45,000 nt of DNA, from assembly GCA_964559915.1 (NCBI GenBank), contig CAZLJP010000005.1, forward strand, positions 1 through 45,000, written 5' to 3'. This document shows positions 35,885 to 45,000 of the stretch, one piece after another; position 1 is the stretch's first letter, and every line of letters begins with the position of its first letter. The position numbers and the translations under genes are program-made. The stretch is from an uncultured Candidatus Saccharibacteria bacterium (GTDB taxonomy: Bacteria > Patescibacteriota > Saccharimonadia > Saccharimonadales > JALRHH01). The notes under the pieces are model-generated. The model saw only the letters and a list, made by a program, of their open reading frames with translations, did not search any database and was not told the origin of the DNA.

Positions 35885-37099
35885 TTAACGAATGAAGTTC
35901 TGACCTGCTAGCCCATAAATTGGCAAGAGTACGGCTGCGACAATAATAAAGGCCACAATGCCTAACACCACCATCAGTACTGGCTCAATGATAGTAGATA
36001 TAGTTTTGATTTGCTGATCGACTTCTTTCTCATAATAATCGGCTATTTTAGCAGTCATACTCTCCATGGCACCAGATTGCTCCCCTATACGCAGCATATC
36101 AGGCACTAGTTGTAAAAAGTTAGGGTCACCGGCTAATGAGTCAGACAAAGCCTTGCCACCCTTTACTTTGCTAGCGGCGGCCATGACCGATTCTTCTATA
36201 TGAACATTATTGATAGATTTACCGGTAATCTCTAATACCTGTAGCAACGGTACGCCACTGGCAATCAGGGTAGTAGCCGTACGTGCAAAACGGGCCATAT
36301 ACAGCTTCATGAACAATGGGCCAATGGGCCAACCATGCATTTTAAAGCTATCTACTGCTCGCTTGCCGCCCAATGTCCTGGCCCAGCGAGTAGTAAAGAA
36401 GGCTCCAAAGCCAATAACTATCAGCACAATCCACCAATATTTGATGGTAAAGTTTGATATGGCCAGTAAAATCCTGGTCAGTATTGGCAATTTAGCGCTA
36501 CCACCAAGCCCATCGTATAAAGTCTGCACTTGAGGCAATACTTTAACTATCATGAAACCAAGCACGCCAATCATCACAAACACTACAATGATTGGATAAA
36601 CGAGTGCGCCACGAACCTTACTAAGTATTTCGGCATCTTTTTCTTGTTGGGTAGCGATACGTTCCAGCGCCGCGTCCAAAGTACCAGATGTTTCGCCAGC
36701 AGCCACCAGGTTAATCACAATTGGGTTAAATACCTCTGGATTGGCACCCAGAGCTACACTAAAAGCCTTACCAGCCTCCACATCGATAATAATTTGGCTG
36801 ACAATAATTTTGAGCTTTTTGTTCTGTACCTGACCAGATACGGTACGCAAGCTCTGAACCAACGGTAAGCCAGCATTAATCAACGTAGCTAACTGACGGA
36901 AAAAAAGAATCTTATCCTTAGCTTTGATACGCCCCGCAAAACTATTACCTCCACTGCCCCTAGAAACTTCAATCTCTATAGGAGCCAAACCTTGTGCCTT
37001 GAGTTGTTTGGCAGCGGCCTGTTCATTATCGGCCTGTAGTTCTGCTTTGACCTTCTCGCCCGTTACAGGATCTTTGGCTGTGTATTTGTAGGTTAGCAT
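35885..37099 (-). CDS. pilC: Type IV pilus platform protein PilC (GspF family)
   Basis: 404 aa, two T2SSF repeats with three TM segments. Confidence 0.93.
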   Translation of the reverse strand: MLTYKYTAKDPVTGEKVKAELQADNEQAAAKQLKAQGLAPIEIEVSRGSGGNSFAGRIKAKDKILFFRQLATLINAGLPLVQSLRTVSGQVQNKKLKIIVSQIIIDVEAGKAFSVALGANPEVFNPIVINLVAAGETSGTLDAALERIATQQEKDAEILSKVRGALVYPIIVVFVMIGVLGFMIVKVLPQVQTLYDGLGGSAKLPILTRILLAISNFTIKYWWIVLIVIGFGAFFTTRWARTLGGKRAVDSFKMHGWPIGPLFMKLYMARFARTATTLIASGVPLLQVLEITGKSINNVHIEESVMAAASKVKGGKALSDSLAGDPNFLQLVPDMLRIGEQSGAMESMTAKIADYYEKEVDQQIKTISTIIEPVLMVVLGIVAFIIVAAVLLPIYGLAGQNFIR

Positions 37100-37108
37100 T
37101 ACGGGGTC

Positions 37109-38173
37109 TTAGCTCCTCATCAGCCTATCTAGCTCGTCTAGGTCAACTGCGTAGTTACGGGCCTCATCGTAGGTTATAGTACCGGCATGAACCAATGACA
37201 CTAATGTCTTATCCATAGATTGCATACCAAACTCAGCACCGGTCTGGATAACGGCTTCAAGCTGATGGGTCTTACCTTCACGGATAATGTTACGTACTGC
37301 GGGTGTAGCAATCAACAATTCGGCTGCTGCAATGCGACCACCACCAATAGCCGGTATGAGGCGCTGCGAACACACCGCCATCAGAATATTTGCCAACTGT
37401 GAACGAATTTGTGGCTGCTGATGTGGTGGAAACACGTCAATCATACGATCAATACTCTGGGATGCGGAGTTGGTGTGCAGAGTACCATATACAAGGTGAC
37501 CTGTCTCTGCGATGGTAATAGCTGCAGCAATGGTTTCCAAATCACGCATTTCTCCTAGCATTACCACGTCAGGATCCTGGCGCAAGCTCGAACGCAGCGC
37601 AGCAGAGAAAGAGTACGTGTCGTAGTGGACTTCACGCTGGGCGATAACTGATTTGTTGGATTTGTGCGTAAACTCAACCGGGTCTTCAATAGTCACAATA
37701 TGGGCATTGCGCTCGTTATTAATCTTGTTGATGATAGCAGCCAGTGTGGTTGATTTACCTGATCCAGTAGGGCCAGTCACTAGCACAAGTCCTCTTGGAT
37801 AGTTGGCAAAATCATTCACAATTTTAGGTAGGCCTAGCTGCTCTATGGTCATAAGTTCATTTGGAATAAGTCGTAGGGCCGCGGCCAGATTGCCTCGTTC
37901 ATGGAAAGCGTTCACACGGAATCGGCCCAAATCACCAAAGGCAAAGCTAAAGTCGAATTCTTTGTCTTTAAGCAATATCTGCTTTTGGTCTTCGTCTAAA
38001 ATAGCGAATATAAGGGATTCGGCCGCCTCTTCACTCAGGGCTTCAGTACTTGGGACGGCAATCAAGCTGCCATCAATACGCAGCATCGGCGGCAAACCAA
38101 CCTGCAAGTGCAAATCAGAAGCCTTTTTCTTGATAACTTCTTCGAGCAATAGCTCAATTCGAGGCGCAGCCAT
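37109..38173 (-). CDS. pilT: Twitching-motility retraction ATPase PilT
   Basis: 354 aa, GPTGSGKST, HIVTIEDPVEF, GHLVYGTLHTNSA. Confidence 0.93.
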   Translation of the reverse strand: MAAPRIELLLEEVIKKKASDLHLQVGLPPMLRIDGSLIAVPSTEALSEEAAESLIFAILDEDQKQILLKDKEFDFSFAFGDLGRFRVNAFHERGNLAAALRLIPNELMTIEQLGLPKIVNDFANYPRGLVLVTGPTGSGKSTTLAAIINKINNERNAHIVTIEDPVEFTHKSNKSVIAQREVHYDTYSFSAALRSSLRQDPDVVMLGEMRDLETIAAAITIAETGHLVYGTLHTNSASQSIDRMIDVFPPHQQPQIRSQLANILMAVCSQRLIPAIGGGRIAAAELLIATPAVRNIIREGKTHQLEAVIQTGAEFGMQSMDKTLVSLVHAGTITYDEARNYAVDLDELDRLMRS

Positions 38174-38244
38174 TAGTTGTCTCCCCCACTTACGGTTGTG
38201 TTTACTGTGATGCCCATTGTATCCCCTGTGTATGTAAACTTGGC

Positions 38245-40053
38245 TTACGCATTATCTACGGCTGCCACTCGGTTAATTTCTGTTAGTGTTGTCTGTCCAG
38301 CCAGTGCCTTGAGATAGCCATCTTGCCTCATGGTAATCATACCCTGAGATTGCGCCATCTTTTGAATTTCGGTGCTTGCCGATTGTTTGAGAATCAAGTC
38401 CTGTATTTGTTCGGTAACTTCGAATACTTCATACAGGCCCATACGACCCTTATAACCACCGGGTGTGCTTGGACTTTCTACACCCTTGTTCAAAGTATAA
38501 GCGTTTTGGCCTATAAGAGGCAAGTCTTCATACCCCAAATCCTTATAGACCGCCGCAGCGCCTTCTCGCTTTGCGGGCAATAACCCAGCTAAAGTTTGTT
38601 GGATCGCTGCCGTCTCTGCTGCCTCAGACTGATAACTCTCTGTTTGCTCACCCAGACGACGGACCAAACGCTGGCCAATCACCGTATGGACTGTACTGGC
38701 TATCAGGAAAGGCTCGATACCCATATCAAGAAGTCGTGGCAAGATGCCAGCTGCAGAGTTAGTGTGTAGTGTGCTAAAAACCAAGTGCCCAGTCAACGCC
38801 GCCTGTACTGCCAAGGTAGCAGTTTCTTTGTCGCGAATTTCACCCACCATGATGACATCCGGGTCCTGGCGCAACACCGATCGTAACCCAGTGGCAAAGG
38901 TTAGTCCAACTTCCGCATTAACCTGGATTTGATTAATACCATCCATTTTGTACTCAACAGGGTCCTCTAGAGTGACAATGTTGATGCTATCGTTCTTTAT
39001 TTCGTTTAAAAGCGCATATAGCGAAGTTGATTTACCTGATCCAGTAGGGCCAGAAGTCAAAATCATACCATTAGGCCGCTCTAGGCCCTTGCGGATGGTG
39101 CGGAGTGCGCGGCCCCGGAAGCCCATGTCTTCCAGTTTCAGGCTCGTGCCAGACTTATCCAGCAAACGGATGACTACCTGCTCACCCCAGACTACAGGCG
39201 ATATAGCAATACGTAGGTCAACTGCCTTTTTACCTACGTGTACCGTGAACTGGCCGTCCTGTGGTACACGGTGCTCATCAATCTTTAGGTTAGCTAAAAT
39301 CTTGATTCGGGATACTAGTGGCGGTTCAGTACTCTTGGGCAAGCGCAAGACCTCACGCATCACACCGTCTACCCGGCAGCGAATCTTAAGCTCTTTCTCG
39401 AGTGGCTCTATGTGAATATCACTGGCTCGGCTCTTTACAGCATAATCCATAATCGTATTGAGAGCCTTGGTGATGGGCGAATCCTGGACAGCGGTCGCGA
39501 TATTCTGGTCATTAGTATTGCCTGCTTTTTGCTTATCTACGTTAATCGTAGTGTCTTTGTCCAGACCAACAGAATCAGCAAAGTCCTCCACAACATCCTG
39601 ACTAATTTGACTGGTGTCATATTGTTTCAGGACATTACGAATACCCTCTTCACTTGCAGTGTAGACTTTGAGCGGTCTCGCGACTTTATTAGCCAAGAAA
39701 TCAACTGCTTGCACATTATCTGCATCCAGCATAGCCACTACTAAACGGCGCTGCATCTCACCAAGTGGCACCGCCATATAGCGCTCTGCCACCTCTTGTG
39801 GCAGTAATGCCAAGATAGCCGGGTCAACCTTGGCGTTCAGTAAATTAACATATGGAACCTTGGTTATAGTGGCCACTGTTTTAGTCAACGCCTCGTTGGT
39901 AATGAAACCTTCGTGCACCAGAGCACCAAACAAAGGTGTTTGCGCTTTGGCGGCAGTAGCAGTAACTTGAGCCAGTTTCTCTGCAGTTATCAGCCCATCA
40001 CTAACTAGCTTTTCCTCAACCTGTTTTTGTGTAGCGGCCGATAGTACGCTCAT
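38245..40053 (-). CDS. pilB: Type IV pilus assembly ATPase PilB (GspE family)
   Basis: 602 aa, N-terminal T2SSE_N domain, GPTGSGKSTSLYA, TLEDPVEY, GHLVFSTLHTNSA. Confidence 0.93.
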   Translation of the reverse strand: MSVLSAATQKQVEEKLVSDGLITAEKLAQVTATAAKAQTPLFGALVHEGFITNEALTKTVATITKVPYVNLLNAKVDPAILALLPQEVAERYMAVPLGEMQRRLVVAMLDADNVQAVDFLANKVARPLKVYTASEEGIRNVLKQYDTSQISQDVVEDFADSVGLDKDTTINVDKQKAGNTNDQNIATAVQDSPITKALNTIMDYAVKSRASDIHIEPLEKELKIRCRVDGVMREVLRLPKSTEPPLVSRIKILANLKIDEHRVPQDGQFTVHVGKKAVDLRIAISPVVWGEQVVIRLLDKSGTSLKLEDMGFRGRALRTIRKGLERPNGMILTSGPTGSGKSTSLYALLNEIKNDSINIVTLEDPVEYKMDGINQIQVNAEVGLTFATGLRSVLRQDPDVIMVGEIRDKETATLAVQAALTGHLVFSTLHTNSAAGILPRLLDMGIEPFLIASTVHTVIGQRLVRRLGEQTESYQSEAAETAAIQQTLAGLLPAKREGAAAVYKDLGYEDLPLIGQNAYTLNKGVESPSTPGGYKGRMGLYEVFEVTEQIQDLILKQSASTEIQKMAQSQGMITMRQDGYLKALAGQTTLTEINRVAAVDNA

Positions 40054-40074
40054 AGCGACGTGGTCCTGCCCCGC

Positions 40075-40317
40075 CTACTCAGTAATCGGTTGCTGATTAG
40101 TATTGCCACCGATACGGATAATCTGTGTAGGATTAATGGAGTTCTCGTTAAAATATTGCTTATTCGGCTGAATAAACTCGTCAGTTATCCTATCCACAAC
40201 TTCAACCTTTTGCTGGCGGTTTTGCTTAGACCCTACAGTCAGACCTGATACGGTTACGGCCAAAATAGCGCTAATAAATCCAATAACGAGTATGAGTGCT
40301 ATATCATTTTGTTTCAT
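40075..40317 (-). CDS. Small single-pass membrane protein in the pilO-pilB gap (PilP-position analogue?)
   Basis: 80 aa, N-terminal TM IALILVIGFISAILAVTV; start overlaps the pilO stop. Confidence 0.55.
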   Translation of the reverse strand: MKQNDIALILVIGFISAILAVTVSGLTVGSKQNRQQKVEVVDRITDEFIQPNKQYFNENSINPTQIIRIGGNTNQQPITE

Positions 40318-40985
40318 TTGACGACCTCTTTTTTGATATCAAGAATTTTTTCTGGCTGATAGTACGTATTTGCTTTGAAACTAAATTTGATTGTTTTGTC
40401 TGAGGCATTGATGCTTAGTGATTGGATTTGAATGGGTCGGATAGAGTGTTCGAGTGTTAGTAATATGTTCGGCAATGTCTGATAATTAGTTGTTACTGCT
40501 GCTTCAAATGGCATTTCAACAGGCTGTGGATGAGCGTTCTCTTGATTTGCCGCCTGATTTATCTCATCATCAGTACCCGTAATACTATCTACTACTGACC
40601 CAGGTTGGGTTAGTATCTTTTGAATACTCGTGGCTAGTGCTGGGTAGTCATATTTACTTGGGAGCGCATCTAGCACAATACGAGCATTGTCTCCGTCGCG
40701 GTCACCCGTGCCAGTACTACTACCGCCGATAACATTTGCCTGCTCACCTACAAATGTCTTATAGGCGGTCACTAACTTATCGGCATTTTGCAGGTTTGCA
40801 TCCAGTGTGTCTTTAGCGGTTTGTTTTTTGGATATCAGCTTGGATTGGTAGCGTAATTGAGAAACCATAGTTTTAGTACCAATTAGGGTAAATACCACAA
40901 AAAATACGGCTATCGATACGGCTGCCACAATCTGTACATTAGCTCTGTCTATCTGGAGTCGCTTGCTAGAGAGATTAAGTGCCAT
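40314..40985 (-). CDS. pilO: PilO-like pilus alignment protein
   Basis: 223 aa, N-terminal TM followed by a coiled-coil segment; start shares one base with the last stop-codon position of pilN. Confidence 0.7.
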   Translation of the reverse strand: MALNLSSKRLQIDRANVQIVAAVSIAVFFVVFTLIGTKTMVSQLRYQSKLISKKQTAKDTLDANLQNADKLVTAYKTFVGEQANVIGGSSTGTGDRDGDNARIVLDALPSKYDYPALATSIQKILTQPGSVVDSITGTDDEINQAANQENAHPQPVEMPFEAAVTTNYQTLPNILLTLEHSIRPIQIQSLSINASDKTIKFSFKANTYYQPEKILDIKKEVVK

Positions 40986-41704
40986 TACTGATTCCCCTGC
41001 GTGGTATTAGATTGAAATATACCCGGCTTTTCTGTTTCTGAACGAGTCGTGATGATATCTGGGACATTCAAGGTAATAGCGTCTGTCTGATTAATAGCAA
41101 TCTGGCTGCCACCTGATTCAGGCAATATTGTACTAAAGATTACCGGATCAAAAGTTGTCTTAATGGTATACGTAGTGCTGGTAGTATCTTTTGCAAATGC
41201 ATCAAGTACTACTGACGTAAAGGCTTTCGGGGCCTCCTTGCTATCACCAGTTTGATAGGTAGTGAACTTGAGCGTATCTACAAATTTGTTAATATTGGCA
41301 ATGCTATCTGATTTGCCACTTACCGTAAGTGTGTTAGCGGCAAAGTCAACGTCAAGCTTGTTAATAGTCACATTGTTAGGTGTCACTTTATCTAAGAATT
41401 TTGGCAACCGTGAAGCAATATATTTCTTATCGTGCTGGCCCTGAAGACTGTTCAATTGGTTCTGAACAGTTAGTATCTTGTTGAGGTCAGGAACAGCCTG
41501 TAACTGCTTGCTCGATTGAGCAATCTCATCACTGAGATTATCTAGTTTTTGCTTCTGATACACAGCTACTGTCAAGAACTGCGTCACCAACAGCCCAACA
41601 CACACCGCACTTACGATAACTGATACAAGTACGATTACACGGCGTGTCTGTTGGGTCTTGATGTATTCTAGCTTTACATCTGGCAAAAGATTAAATTGAA
41701 TCAT
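40985..41704 (-). CDS. pilN: PilN-like pilus alignment protein
   Basis: 239 aa, MIQFNLLP motif followed by a TM helix. Confidence 0.75.
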   Translation of the reverse strand: MIQFNLLPDVKLEYIKTQQTRRVIVLVSVIVSAVCVGLLVTQFLTVAVYQKQKLDNLSDEIAQSSKQLQAVPDLNKILTVQNQLNSLQGQHDKKYIASRLPKFLDKVTPNNVTINKLDVDFAANTLTVSGKSDSIANINKFVDTLKFTTYQTGDSKEAPKAFTSVVLDAFAKDTTSTTYTIKTTFDPVIFSTILPESGGSQIAINQTDAITLNVPDIITTRSETEKPGIFQSNTTQGNQ

Positions 41705-41750
41705 GAGGCTTCGCCTCCTGGCAGCGTAGTACGGATAAATTTAGGAAAAA

Positions 41751-42791
41751 TCATTCTGTACGCTCCGCTAGACCTACGGCCACACCAAAGTGATTCGATA
41801 CTGCCAGCAAATCGTTCTGCTTAGATTTAGGGAAAGACACATTACGCCAAGCATTGCCAATTTCTATATTTACACCTAGTTTATTGGCAATATATAGCGG
41901 GAATTCGGGCAAGGCTGAGGCGCCACCGGTCACAATAATGCGATCGAGCTTAGTGTTAGGATAACGAGTCGTTATGAACTTGCTTGATTTCTCTATATCA
42001 GTAACCAGAGCTTCGATAGTGCCTATTATGGCCTGGTGTATTTGGCCATCAAGCTTGTCCTTGGCCAGGCCAAACTTGAATACAAACTGCTCTGCCTGCT
42101 TTTCATCAATGTTAAGGCCCTGCATCGCAGAACGAATAATCGCCTCTGTGCCTGTTGGTATAGAACGCGTGAGGCGTGGTACCCCATTGATAGTGGCCAC
42201 AATATCAGTATTTTTGCTGCCAATATCGATAACCATCTGTGGAGCGGTTGCATCAGGGGCAAATAACGCCCGGGCTAGTGCTAGATTATCTGGCTCAAAG
42301 GCAATTACGTTAAGGCCAATTGATTCCAGCATATCAAGACGGGCTTCCACCACATCATTAGAAACACTGGTTATCATTATTTCTACCTTAGATGGGTCGG
42401 CCGGCGAGTCACCAAGTAGCGCCCAATCCAGCTTAGAGCTAGCTAAGGGCGTGGGTATAAGCGAATCAGCTTGCAATCGAATTGACTTACCGAGTTCTGC
42501 CGGAGACAAGCGGTCAAAATCTACAACTGTGGTAAACACACGATTCGAAGGCAAACCAACAGCAACATTTCTAGTAGTTACTCCTGCTTGGACCACAAGG
42601 TCTTGTATGACTTTAGCTAACTTTTGCTGATCGGCTTTTGAATCACTGAGAGATAGTTTGGGGTCAACGGGAGTAAAGGCATATCGAGCCAGGCCTTTAG
42701 TAGGCCCATTGCCTGATAATTCAACTAGACGAATAGCGGTCGTACCGATATCCAGTCCAAAAAAGTTCCCAACCCCGCTTAAAATACTCAT
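41751..42791 (-). CDS. pilM: PilM, actin-like pilus assembly ATPase-fold protein
   Basis: 346 aa, FGLDIGTTAIRLVEL and VTGGASALP actin-fold motifs. Confidence 0.9.
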   Translation of the reverse strand: MSILSGVGNFFGLDIGTTAIRLVELSGNGPTKGLARYAFTPVDPKLSLSDSKADQQKLAKVIQDLVVQAGVTTRNVAVGLPSNRVFTTVVDFDRLSPAELGKSIRLQADSLIPTPLASSKLDWALLGDSPADPSKVEIMITSVSNDVVEARLDMLESIGLNVIAFEPDNLALARALFAPDATAPQMVIDIGSKNTDIVATINGVPRLTRSIPTGTEAIIRSAMQGLNIDEKQAEQFVFKFGLAKDKLDGQIHQAIIGTIEALVTDIEKSSKFITTRYPNTKLDRIIVTGGASALPEFPLYIANKLGVNIEIGNAWRNVSFPKSKQNDLLAVSNHFGVAVGLAERTE

Positions 42792-42851
42792 ACTATATCT
42801 GTTTTATACAAACGGGCCCCACCCGTACTATGTTGTGTTAGCATTAGCCGC

Positions 42852-42860
42852 ATTATAGCA
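42852..42860 (-). promoter_or_regulatory. Extended -10 element upstream of pilM
   Basis: Minus strand TGCTATAAT, about 60 nt upstream of the pilM ATG. Confidence 0.45.
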
Positions 42861-42905
42861 CAAGCACTATACCGTAGCGCAACTGTTTTTACACAAGTAT
42901 TTCCC

Positions 42906-44840
42906 CTACAGAATTGGCGGCATAATAGTGTATGCATCATAGCCACTGGCCGCCGAAAGATTGCCGCTCAAAGCAGATAGCCAGGCTTCTGGCGTAAAGT
43001 TAAATATCTCGGCAGCCTTGGGCTCATTATTTTGGCCACCAATCGGTAAGCTAGACATAAATATATTTCTGTATAAGCGTAGCTTTTTGGTGGCTATAGC
43101 ACCATTTATTGTTAACGTTGGGTTAGCTGTATTACTGGTACGGCAATTATCTATATTCTCTTCGGGGCCATGCTCTGGGTCACCGCAGGTTAATAACTTA
43201 TAGCCGCTGACAAGCACAGCATTAACTGTTTTAACTTTAGCATCAATATCGTCGGTGCGATCACGATCACCATTGGGGTCTTCATTTGCACCATGATCAA
43301 TAGAGATACTAGACTTTGCATATATCTTCAACACATGGACATTATCAAGACTAAAGGCACTGTCCACATAGCCAATATCACCATTAATCTCCACGCCACC
43401 ATCCTTGAATACACAAACATGGTAGCCAGCAGGTACATCCTTGCCACTGAGCTGATAATATTTAGTGCCACTCCTGTTTACAGACGGAGGATTATTGCCC
43501 CATGGGCAGGACTGTGGGCTAGGCCAACTAGATACACTTGGTACCGGATTGTAAGACCTTGGATAATTCGGCATTGATAGCGTATTACTCTGGCCTGACC
43601 GGAATCCTATAACATCCGACCTTGATATAGCGGCAAGATTACTAGTCGATTTGTTAGGATAGGTTCTAATTCCCATTGGCGTGCTGCTGGTGTACCTAGT
43701 GGTACCAAGCTCAGCATTAAAATCTTGCCACCAAGCGTTACTAATTAAGTCGCCATCATTAACAGTAAACCAAGGCACGCGGTAAGGGTTGGAAGCGGGG
43801 CAACCAGTATTAATACCAGAGCCATAAATGGTCGAGAAAGGAATAATCATTACTAACGCCTGACCTCCTCCACCATTGATATTATCAACACTAAGCCTGT
43901 AACGCCTGCCCGATTCAAAGTTTTTATATTCGAATCGTGAGTATTCCTTATTGCTGCCAGTGGCTTCATAGTATTTGCCTTGTCCGCTGCCTACTGAACG
44001 TACATTATCGAAGGCAGTTGTGTCCTTGGTAATGTTCTCCCACGAAGAGCTGTTGAGGTCCTTTCGTTCTAGTTTCATAGTTGGAGGGTTATTTCGCGAG
44101 GTTGATCCATCTATTGCATCCCATGTACCAACTTGTCTAGTCAGTGGCGAACTAGTGGGCCCACAATTAAGAGGCGGGCCAAACTCAAGCTGGTGTGAGT
44201 TAGGACCGCTAATACTATAACTACCGTCTGATGTCGTGCTACTCTCCACCCCAATCCATTTATTCTGATTAGGGTTAACTATCTTAGCAATAAAGTTATA
44301 CGTAGCCCAGTTATCACCACCTTGAGAATTACCTCCTTTGGGTTGACGATTGTAATGACCAGTATCTCTATCCGCATCAAGACTAACGTTCACATCTGCC
44401 ACACGCCAAAAACCGCCAGTACCGTCAGGAATATCCGAGTTGTGTGGGTTCGAGGGGCTTAGGTCACTAAAGCTCGGGGTTCCATTTCCACAATCAACCA
44501 CGTTGCCGTTACTAAAGAAATCTCGTAGTATATTGCCATTAAGCTTGACGATAAACTTACTTGTCTCTTTAGCCCCATGATCATCATACGAACAAAAAAC
44601 ACCATCAATATTTATAGTAGGCATCGGATCTGTTGATCTATAGTAAACATTCAGTTTAATAAGGGTATTGTCACCATCATCACCCCTGCGTAACATGTGA
44701 TACCCATCGACCAGTGGTGCACGTAAGTTAGCGGGTTCTAAACTGGCAGCCTGAACCTGACTATGATTAACAAATAGAACTGTGGTTAAACTAACAGATT
44801 GGGCAATCAGTATTAAAAATAGTACTCCGCGTCGTATCAT
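42906..44840 (-). CDS. Large secreted hypothetical protein (644 aa) immediately upstream of the pilus locus
   Basis: Start at ATG 44840 behind GGAG. Signal peptide MIRRGVLFLILIAQSVSLTTVLFVNHSQVQA/AS. Asn/Ser/Gly-rich, no anchor motif and no recognisable domain. Confidence 0.7.
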   Translation of the reverse strand: MIRRGVLFLILIAQSVSLTTVLFVNHSQVQAASLEPANLRAPLVDGYHMLRRGDDGDNTLIKLNVYYRSTDPMPTINIDGVFCSYDDHGAKETSKFIVKLNGNILRDFFSNGNVVDCGNGTPSFSDLSPSNPHNSDIPDGTGGFWRVADVNVSLDADRDTGHYNRQPKGGNSQGGDNWATYNFIAKIVNPNQNKWIGVESSTTSDGSYSISGPNSHQLEFGPPLNCGPTSSPLTRQVGTWDAIDGSTSRNNPPTMKLERKDLNSSSWENITKDTTAFDNVRSVGSGQGKYYEATGSNKEYSRFEYKNFESGRRYRLSVDNINGGGGQALVMIIPFSTIYGSGINTGCPASNPYRVPWFTVNDGDLISNAWWQDFNAELGTTRYTSSTPMGIRTYPNKSTSNLAAISRSDVIGFRSGQSNTLSMPNYPRSYNPVPSVSSWPSPQSCPWGNNPPSVNRSGTKYYQLSGKDVPAGYHVCVFKDGGVEINGDIGYVDSAFSLDNVHVLKIYAKSSISIDHGANEDPNGDRDRTDDIDAKVKTVNAVLVSGYKLLTCGDPEHGPEENIDNCRTSNTANPTLTINGAIATKKLRLYRNIFMSSLPIGGQNNEPKAAEIFNFTPEAWLSALSGNLSAASGYDAYTIMPPIL

Positions 44841-44908
44841 AACTACTCCTAACTTTAGCATAAGTAATTTGCTGGTGCCTAGGCTCTTGTTATACTTAAA
44901 ATAAGATT

Positions 44909-45000
44909 ATGGCATTATCTATTGGAATTGTGGGGCTGCCCAATGTTGGCAAGTCTACCCTCTTTAACGCACTGACTGACAATAATATATTGGCGGCTAA
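44909..45000 (+). CDS. ychF: Ribosome-binding ATPase YchF (Obg-like), N-terminal 30 codons only
   Basis: [30 protein letters not shown] (G1 P-loop); continues beyond the window. Confidence 0.85.
   Translation, partial: MALSIGIVGLPNVGKSTLFNALTDNNILAA

Overview
The window is a densely coded stretch, mostly on the minus strand, from a small monoderm-type genome. I infer from gene content alone that it is most consistent with a Patescibacteria/Saccharibacteria-like (CPR) organism. It opens with the extreme 5' end of a 16S rRNA gene and its promoter. It then carries gyrB-gyrA, comM, infC-rpmI-rplT, rnpB, rpmB, miaA, thrS, nrdR, ndk, a Xer-type recombinase and six tRNAs that all encode CCA. A complete secretin-less type IV pilus locus (pilM-N-O, pilB, pilT, pilC, pilA, pilD and four minor pilins) occupies 31.4-42.8 kb. 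The most notable points are:
- An orphan T4SS-type membrane ATPase sits among uncharacterised envelope proteins and next to an LPNTG-anchored protein with five tandem CDVCP repeats.
- A T-box-like leader with a canonical antiterminator (UGGA bulge) precedes thrS.
- Several promoter-to-terminator units in unusually long gene-free gaps (11.1-12.1 kb, 16.2-16.3 kb, 22.5-23.3 kb) look like unannotated structured RNAs.
- TACAAT-N6-ATG recurs at gene starts, which implies leaderless mRNAs.
- The motif ACCCCTGT is strongly strand-asymmetric and mostly intergenic.
- A 23-bp att-like duplication of the tRNA-Arg 3' end brackets a GC-rich 120-bp insert.
- A large orphan secreted protein lies immediately upstream of the pilus locus.

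No CRISPR array, transposase or recognisable defence system was seen. All motif counts were made by eye and need computational confirmation.
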